Below are positions 24,839 through 31,396 of a DNA stretch of 32,000 nucleotides, one piece after another. The notes beneath the pieces were generated by a model. The model was given only the letters and a program-made list of their open reading frames with translations, had not been told where the DNA came from and searched no databases. A program made the translations under genes and the position numbers. The number at the start of each line of letters is the position of its first letter. The first letter of the stretch is position 1. This stretch comes from Pyrodictium delaneyi (lineage in GTDB: Archaea > Thermoproteota > Thermoprotei_A > Sulfolobales > Pyrodictiaceae), in contig NZ_CP013011.1 of the NCBI RefSeq assembly GCF_001412615.1, positions 750,001 through 782,000 on the forward strand, read 5' to 3'.

Positions 24839-26827
24839 ATGCAAAAACCCTTAGCCAAGATTGTAGTCTTTTGGGTAATAGCACTCTTCCTCCTTCCCAG
24901 CATAGCACCCCTAGCAAGAGCAGCAACCTACAGCTGGGGCGAAGAGATCAGCCTCTCAGGTGTACAGCTAACAACAGAGTCTAAGGACTGTGTAGAGTGC
25001 CACATGCGTGCTACACCCTTCATAGTATACGACTGGTATAAGAGCAAGCACCGCATGGTCGGCGTAGGCTGCTACGAGTGTCACAGTGCTAAGCCCGGAA
25101 CAAGGCCCGACGTCTACGAGCACTACGGCTACTACATAACAACCCTAGTGACGCCCAAGCAGTGTGGCCGCTGCCACCCCGCAATAGCCGAGGAGTTCCA
25201 GAAGAGCGTCCACGCGTTCGCCGGAGTACACGCCTACGTGCTGAAGGAGGAGCCAGCCTACTGGATGATCCTAGCGAAGCAGTTTGGCTGGGACGAGCAC
25301 TTCAAGGTGCCAGCCGAGTATATCGAGACGGAGTGGGTACCTAAGATAGTGCGTGACTTCGTCGGCGATCAGAATTACGGTAAAGTCGTGCTAGAAGAGG
25401 ATCCAACCAACGCTATAATCCCGTACAACCCGCTTGGCCTAAGTATTGACAACTACGTTGCCCAGAAGGCCCTCTACATCTGGGGTATACGCGGCTGTCT
25501 AGGATGCCACGGCGTACGTATGGACGTCAAGGACGCGTTTGCCTTCCCGAGTCTAGACGAGCTAATGCAGTACATGAAGGAGGGCAAGGCTCCCGAGAAG
25601 GTAGTGTATGACCCGGCGTTCATGCACAACCACGGTATCGGCCGCGTGAACCCTGACGGCAGTCTAGGCAGCTGTGAGGCATGCCACCCGTATCACGGCT
25701 TCAGCGTAAAGATAGCCAGGAAGGGCGCCTACCAGGCATGTGGCCGCTGCCACACGGGACCAGACCATCCGAACGACGAGCAGTGGAGTAAGAGCGTACA
25801 CGGCGCCATATTCTGGGGCGAGGCCGAGGACTGGGACTGGGACAAGCCTGTCAACAACTGGATGCCAGGCCGCGACTACAGGGCACCCACATGTGTAACC
25901 TGCCACATGGCTGCAGTGTTCAACGAGCGTGGCGAGGTCAAGTATGCTAGCAGCCACGACGTAGCCATAATCAGCAAGTTCAAGCTAGGCAAGTGGGTAT
26001 ACACTCTACCGCGTGTAGCTGGCCTGCCAGATTTCGCAATACCGACAGCCACAGCGACCCAGGCACCTGTATTCAAGAGCCCGACAACAGGCGACACGAT
26101 AACACTAGTCTACCCAGAGCCCGACTGGAAGGCACGCAGACAGAGAGCAATTGACATGTGTGCCCAGTGCCACACCAAGGAGTACGCGGCGGCATGGTTG
26201 AAGACCTACGACTGGATGATCATACTAGTAGACTACATGAGAGACGAGTACGTACTAACCGTAGCCAACATGCTGAAGGCAAAGGGTCTATTCACACCAA
26301 TGGACGAGTGGATGGTGAGAAACCTAGGTGCTATGGCCAATAGGCCCACTAAGATGTCTGCAGCACACTTCGGCCCCGACTTCACCTGGTGGGAGGGCAT
26401 AATGCACTTCGCTGAGAAGATAGAGGAGTGGCTAATCGATGTATACGAGAGGCCTGCTGTAGCCAAGAAGGCGCCAGAGATACGCGAGAAGATCGAAGAG
26501 ATACTGCCATGGTTCAAGGAGCAGTGGGAGGGCGAGGGCAGCACTGGCACAGTACACAGCCTTGCAGAGGTGAAGACAGCTATCGCTAAGGCCGTCGAGG
26601 CGCCGAGCATAGAGGCCTATGCTCAGAAGGTAGAGACCCTAGAACCGCCAGCAAAGCCGCTAGTAGCCAAGGCGCCGGTGAAGACCCTAGGTGAGGTCAG
26701 CGAGTTCAGCCTAACACTGCCAGGCAGCGATGCTAGCCGCGAGGTGCCGGTAGCAGTATTCGCGGTGTTCCCGGCAGCACCTCTACTACTAGTCTTCGTA
26801 TCCAGAAAGCGCGCTGTAGCAGCATAA
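24839..26827 (+). CDS. Octahaem c-type cytochrome of the hydroxylamine oxidoreductase (HAO) family, membrane-anchored
   Basis: Eight CXXCH motifs (CVECH, CYECH, CGRCH, CLGCH, CEACH, CGRCH, CVTCH, CAQCH). Several blocks are collinear with Nitrosomonas HAO (see findings). It has a signal peptide (...LARA|AT) and a C-terminal stalk plus TM anchor ([21 protein letters not shown]). Confidence 0.9.
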   Translation: [662 protein letters not shown]

Positions 26828-26862
26828 GCTGGGCAAGGGGGAGAGACTAGACCACCCGGTGA

Positions 26863-26867
26863 TTTTT
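26863..26867 (+). terminator. Oligo-T tract after the octahaem gene
   Basis: GGTGATTTTTCTTCTCC lies about 35 nt after the stop. An imperfect hairpin (TTCCGG...CCGGAA) follows. Confidence 0.3.
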
Positions 26868-26999
26868 CTTCTCCTCCAAGACCTCTTTGAATCCCTCCTT
26901 CTCGTTTCCGGCTCTTTCGCTCCGCCGGAAGATAACGTACCTAACTTTATCAAGGAGCTGTATGGCTTTGGAGACTAATATGGGGTTAGGGGAGACCAG

Positions 27000-28898
27000 T
27001 TGTACTGGGAGCCAGCACTTTACCTAGCTCTCTCGGCTGAGGCGATCGCAGCAGCCTACGCGGTAGGTAGGGGGATGCGAGAGGGGTATGATAGACCCTT
27101 CGAGACTGGACCGGTATACCGTGTAGGCCTCGTGCTTACGGCGGTTTCTTTCCTGCTCGCGCTACGCTTCGACGTAATGGTGACTGTGCCTAGTCTCATG
27201 CTGCTCGCGTCTAGTCTAGCAGTCCTCGCGGGAGCCCGGCTACGGTTGAGAATGAGTCCAGTTGAAGCACTAGCCTCCACCATAGCCTTTTACTCGTTCG
27301 CTCTAGCATCGCTCGCTGCCCGTGCAGCAGTGCTCGACCTGGATCCACGTGGTGAAGCACTACTTCCGTGGGTTCTGTTAACGCTGGCGGCTGGCTGGGG
27401 CCTACTAGCGGCATTGGTAACCATGAGCGAACCCCAGAGGAGCATTGCTGCAGTCATGGGTCTACTTGGCGGTGTAGGACTGGCGGCTCTAGGTTTCTGG
27501 CTGCTCTTCAATACTAGGATCGGATCGCCGCTTTACGGGGACGCACTCAGTATGGCTCTGCTCGCGCTGCTAGTAACTGGTGCTGCCATTGCTTCAAGGT
27601 TATCCCCATACCTGGTGCTGGCATCCGGCGTGATTGCGGCTCTCCTCGCGGGCCGCTCGCTTCTCGCGGGTGGTGTCCCCTACATAGCTTGCACAGGTAG
27701 CTGCGGCTCCCTGGCCACGGCATGGCTCATATTCGTCATAGTCGTGGCCGCGCCTCGGCTATACCTCGAAGCCGAGACGGTACGTGGAAGGATGCGTGCT
27801 GCTGGGCTGGAGACAGTGTTCTCGCCCTCCACACTTGCCTCGGCTTCGGTGCTGCTGGCGGGACTAGCTGCATGGGCTTCACTTCAAGGCTCGTTGAGCA
27901 TAGGTACCGTAGCTGCTGTGAGCGTATTAGTGGCCTCAGCTGCTGCTGGCGGGGGCTCTGCTTCGGCGCTTGTGCTATTCCTAGGCGCTATAGCTGCTAT
28001 CTACAGTCCCGCACTAGGCATAGTGGTTTCTGCTATAGCGGCTGTTGCGGTTCCAGCACTGCTACGGAACCAGCGACTAGGTCCATTAAATCCCCCTAAG
28101 GGCCTCGTGTACGGGCTATTGCTGGTGGTCATTGGGCTTGCTGCAGGAGGCTACATAGCAGCTACGCTTGGTCACAGTATGCAAGCTGAAGCCTCGATAA
28201 CAGTAGCTGGGCTTGGGCCCGCTAAGCTAGTGCAGCCGCCAAGCGACGAGGTGACGCACGCCTTCTTCCAGCTCTATCTCGGCGTCAAGAACGAGACATT
28301 GCTATACGCGCTACTCGCGCCGAAGCTGGGCAAAGATGAGGCACTAAAAATGGTTGAGTTTGCTCATGCCGTCCGCTTGGCAGCTGAAAAGCGTGGGATA
28401 AACGACCCCTATAACATAACCGAGCTTGATATACCTCGTAAAATGCCTAGCCTCGAGACCAGGATCGAAACCAATGGCGTATCAGCGACAGTGAATGTAC
28501 CGGCTTCAAGTATACTCTACGGCCATCCATACACTAGCGGTGTCGAGAGGGCCGGGCTTGACCTCGTATCCGTCACGCTGCCTAGCAATGTCACTAAGGC
28601 ATTGACTGATATCTACCTCCGCTTAGTCTCTGATCCAAAGCTAGCTGGTGATGATGCTCTTCGCTACACGATATTTGCCGCAATGGCTGTAAGCTGGAGA
28701 GAAACGGGCACCCTGAATATGACGGCGCAGCTGATCTTCGATTCGTTGCTCGGTAACAATACTGTGGCTAACCACGTGTCTTCGGAGGTTAGCGTCGCAA
28801 GAGCCTCGTTAGGCGTTATTGCCCTAGTTGTCTACATGGGGTGCCTGGTTGCTGCTCCTGTCGCACCACTTCTGGTCAATGTTCGTAGAAGCGGCTAG
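27000..28898 (+). CDS. Large polytopic membrane protein with a C-terminal extracytoplasmic domain and terminal TM; unknown function
   Basis: 632 aa. About 12 Ala/Leu/Gly-rich TM helices (aa 1-400), a ~200-aa soluble domain with five N-X-S/T sequons, and a final TM (LGVIALVVYMGCLVAAPVAPLLV). TTG start with AGGGGAG 7 nt upstream. No CXXCH motif. Confidence 0.6.
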   Translation: MYWEPALYLALSAEAIAAAYAVGRGMREGYDRPFETGPVYRVGLVLTAVSFLLALRFDVMVTVPSLMLLASSLAVLAGARLRLRMSPVEALASTIAFYSFALASLAARAAVLDLDPRGEALLPWVLLTLAAGWGLLAALVTMSEPQRSIAAVMGLLGGVGLAALGFWLLFNTRIGSPLYGDALSMALLALLVTGAAIASRLSPYLVLASGVIAALLAGRSLLAGGVPYIACTGSCGSLATAWLIFVIVVAAPRLYLEAETVRGRMRAAGLETVFSPSTLASASVLLAGLAAWASLQGSLSIGTVAAVSVLVASAAAGGGSASALVLFLGAIAAIYSPALGIVVSAIAAVAVPALLRNQRLGPLNPPKGLVYGLLLVVIGLAAGGYIAATLGHSMQAEASITVAGLGPAKLVQPPSDEVTHAFFQLYLGVKNETLLYALLAPKLGKDEALKMVEFAHAVRLAAEKRGINDPYNITELDIPRKMPSLETRIETNGVSATVNVPASSILYGHPYTSGVERAGLDLVSVTLPSNVTKALTDIYLRLVSDPKLAGDDALRYTIFAAMAVSWRETGTLNMTAQLIFDSLLGNNTVANHVSSEVSVARASLGVIALVVYMGCLVAAPVAPLLVNVRRSG

Positions 28899-28928
28899 AT
28901 AATTAATTGTTTAGGTTGAATGTATCGA

Positions 28929-28935
28929 TTTTTTT
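28929..28935 (+). promoter_or_regulatory. T7/TTTTTTTAAG element: TATA-like box for the 13-haem gene (or terminator of the upstream gene)
   Basis: CGATTTTTTTAAGAC is centred about 29 nt upstream of the ATG at 28962. No SD-like sequence intervenes, which fits a leaderless transcript. The same T7 run lies 31 nt after the upstream stop. Confidence 0.35.
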
Positions 28936-28961
28936 AAGACAAAGGCTAAAAGCTATTGTAA

Positions 28962-30272
28962 ATGCTCTTTCCTATAAAACTGGTGGAGGGAGGCGAGGCT
29001 ACAGTGGACACCACGAAAGCCGCCAGGACGCTGATAATAGTAGCGGTATTTCTAGTAGCACTCTTTGCTTACTGGCAGCTGACAGTGCCAGGATACTTTA
29101 AGGGCGTAGAGTTATGTGGCAAAGGCTGCCACGTGACCAGCGTCCTCGACTACGAGAAGATAAACCACCCCTTCTGGTGTATAGGCTGCCACGGGTTCGG
29201 CGTAAAGAGCGAGATCCTGCCCGGGATCCCGCTCTACCGGGACCACGAGCTAGAGATGCTAGTGGAGGAGCACGGCGAGTGCCTAATGTGCCATCGTGTA
29301 CCCGGAGAGTTCCACTGGAAGCACATTAACGCAACTGAGGAAGACCTAGCCAAGCTAGAGCTAATGCGCCCGGTACAGTGTACAGATTGTCACACCACAG
29401 CCTACCATGGAGGTCACAAGGACAGGCCAAAGGATGACGTATGTCTAAAATGTCACGATGCCGAGAAGCTTCATCCAGATATGAATAAAAAATTGGTCGC
29501 AGCTTGCACCAAGTGCCACTCTGAGGAGCCTGCTGTAGACTGGGCGATTTTCAAGAAGGGTCAGATAGGCTACGGGTTTGTAGCTGACGCAGGCCTAGCA
29601 CTTGCAGCAGACCTCGGCGTAGTGAAAACAACGGCCCCGGGCTGTCTCCTTTGCCACAATATACCGGAGACACAGGGTCACCTAAAACACATGGGCAAAG
29701 AATACAATGGTAAACGGGTAGAGTGTCTAGATTGTCACAAGAATGATATACCCCATGGCGAGAAGATAGGAACGAACGTATGTCTCGACTGTCATAATCC
29801 CAAGGAGACTAAATGCCATGACAAGGGCTTTGAGGAGTTCCTACTAGACTGTTACCGGTGCCATGGCGGCTTCGCGCTGGCTAATGAGACGCTCTACCTG
29901 GCCGGCAAAGGCTGTGAAGGCTGTCACGGCGACACTCTCGAGAAGGTTGTAGGCATAGGGCTACACTCTAGCCACATACCCTACTATGCGTGCAGCAAAT
30001 GCCATGACGTTGAATCGGGAAGCCATAGCCGATTCGTAGAGTCTGCAAGCGATCCAGAGAAGTGCCTCGACTGCCACACGAAGGCCGCAGGAGTCAAGTC
30101 TGAGGCGCTTCAGGGACTGAGAACTAGTACAGCCCTATCATTCAGCGAAGACATTAGACATGTAGAGCTAGTGGAGAAGGCTAAAGGCAATTGCCTCAAG
30201 TGCCACGACGAGTGGCATGTGGCAGGCAAGCCTAGGATAATCTACGGCAAGAGTAAAGGGGAGGGAAGCTAG
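28962..30272 (+). CDS. Membrane-anchored multihaem c-type cytochrome (13 CXXCH + 1 CX3CH)
   Basis: N-terminal TM anchor (TLIIVAVFLVALFAYWQLTV). Motifs in order: CGKGCH (CX3CH), CIGCH, CLMCH, CTDCH, CLKCH, CTKCH, CLLCH, CLDCH, CLDCH, CYRCH, CEGCH, CSKCH, CLDCH, CLKCH, in 436 aa. Many extra His residues are available as distal ligands. Confidence 0.9.
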   Translation: MLFPIKLVEGGEATVDTTKAARTLIIVAVFLVALFAYWQLTVPGYFKGVELCGKGCHVTSVLDYEKINHPFWCIGCHGFGVKSEILPGIPLYRDHELEMLVEEHGECLMCHRVPGEFHWKHINATEEDLAKLELMRPVQCTDCHTTAYHGGHKDRPKDDVCLKCHDAEKLHPDMNKKLVAACTKCHSEEPAVDWAIFKKGQIGYGFVADAGLALAADLGVVKTTAPGCLLCHNIPETQGHLKHMGKEYNGKRVECLDCHKNDIPHGEKIGTNVCLDCHNPKETKCHDKGFEEFLLDCYRCHGGFALANETLYLAGKGCEGCHGDTLEKVVGIGLHSSHIPYYACSKCHDVESGSHSRFVESASDPEKCLDCHTKAAGVKSEALQGLRTSTALSFSEDIRHVELVEKAKGNCLKCHDEWHVAGKPRIIYGKSKGEGS

Positions 30273-30326
30273 TCATGTACATTCTCATTCCTCTTAGAAG
30301 TGTGGATAGGAGGTGGCATGTAAACC

Positions 30327-31073
30327 TTGAGTGTTGTCAGGGCTGAGGCTGAAGGGGGACGGGCCCCTAGCTGGCTAGAGGAACACATGTGGCGCCGCTT
30401 ACGCGCACTATTCGACTTGGTACTTCAGCTCAGCGTTCTCAGACGTCGCCGCGACCTAGGTGAGTGGCTTGTAGCGTGGCTGACTTACCTAGGTCTTGTT
30501 GGCGCTATACTTACAGCAATAATAACAGCAGCCACCCGTGGTGTAGTGCTTGCAGCTAATACGGTCCTAAGGCCTCATGCACTTCCTATAATCAGCCCAG
30601 CGCTCGAGAAACTGTTCATAAGCTGGCCACAGCTAGCAATAGGTATGGGTTATCATGCGCATATAATCACAGCGCTATACTTTGCAGCACCAGCCTATAC
30701 AGCAGCTCTAGTAGCAGCCTTCCTGCTAAAGGACGAATGGCTGCGCAGCTTCCTATTCCCGCGAGGAATTAACGCTAGGGACGTCTCCGACCACTTGTTG
30801 CTAGTGCTAAGCTTCCTCACAGCCTGGGCTGCGGCAGTAATAGCGCCACAGATGGCGGCTGAGGGTGCACTGGTGCCCGGGCTACAAGCACTTGCACCAC
30901 ACATCGCTATAGGAACCTTCTGGATAATCTACTCGCTAGCGATACGCGGACTAGCCTACCGTGTAGTAGGCACAGCGCTGACACTGCTATACGTGGTTGT
31001 ATTCAATCGCTACCCGGAAAGAGTGTTCAGAGATATCTTTGAAGAAGATCCATGGGTAAGCCTACTACGCTAA
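30327..31073 (+). CDS. Integral membrane protein, candidate b-type cytochrome/quinol-interacting subunit (speculative)
   Basis: 248 aa with 5-6 TM helices. His residues lie in or next to the helices (RPHALP, GYHAHIITALYF, DHLLLVLSF, APHIAIGTFW). TTG start 11 nt after GGAGGTG. It starts 54 nt after the 13-haem gene with no T-tract between them. Confidence 0.45.
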   Translation: MSVVRAEAEGGRAPSWLEEHMWRRLRALFDLVLQLSVLRRRRDLGEWLVAWLTYLGLVGAILTAIITAATRGVVLAANTVLRPHALPIISPALEKLFISWPQLAIGMGYHAHIITALYFAAPAYTAALVAAFLLKDEWLRSFLFPRGINARDVSDHLLLVLSFLTAWAAAVIAPQMAAEGALVPGLQALAPHIAIGTFWIIYSLAIRGLAYRVVGTALTLLYVVVFNRYPERVFRDIFEEDPWVSLLR

Positions 31074-31094
31074 TAATACTCCACAAAACCATAG

Positions 31095-31100
31095 TTTTTT
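31095..31100 (+). terminator. Oligo-T tract ending the cytochrome cluster
   Basis: CCATAGTTTTTTGAC lies 22 nt after the stop at 31073 and is followed by about 300 nt of non-coding sequence. Confidence 0.4.
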
Positions 31101-31396
31101 GACATCATATTCGGCATTATAATAGACTCTGTGCTAATTCCGCTTCTTTCTCACTCCATAACCTGTACCTTACCCCAGAGCCTGCCTACTCGCTCAGTAT
31201 AAGGACTATGGATGCCCGAGACATTATGGAGCGTTTGTTGCCGCTGTAACCCGCCGTCTTGGGCTAGTATACGGTCTTGTAGCTGTAATGACCGCCTCTA
31301 GGCTATAAACCTACAGTAGCGGCATTAGCTCCTCTTCTCCTGGGATGAAGGCTCCGGGCTGGCTAGCGTCTAGCGCCGAGGAAGGGCTGCTGGGCT

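Noticed and set aside
29806-29820. Extra 'ETKCH' (single-Cys XXXCH) after the eighth CXXCH in the 13-haem protein, as a possible additional haem site
   Set aside because: Single-cysteine haem attachment is known only in special lineages. Here the His could simply be a distal ligand, and nothing in the sequence supports covalent attachment.
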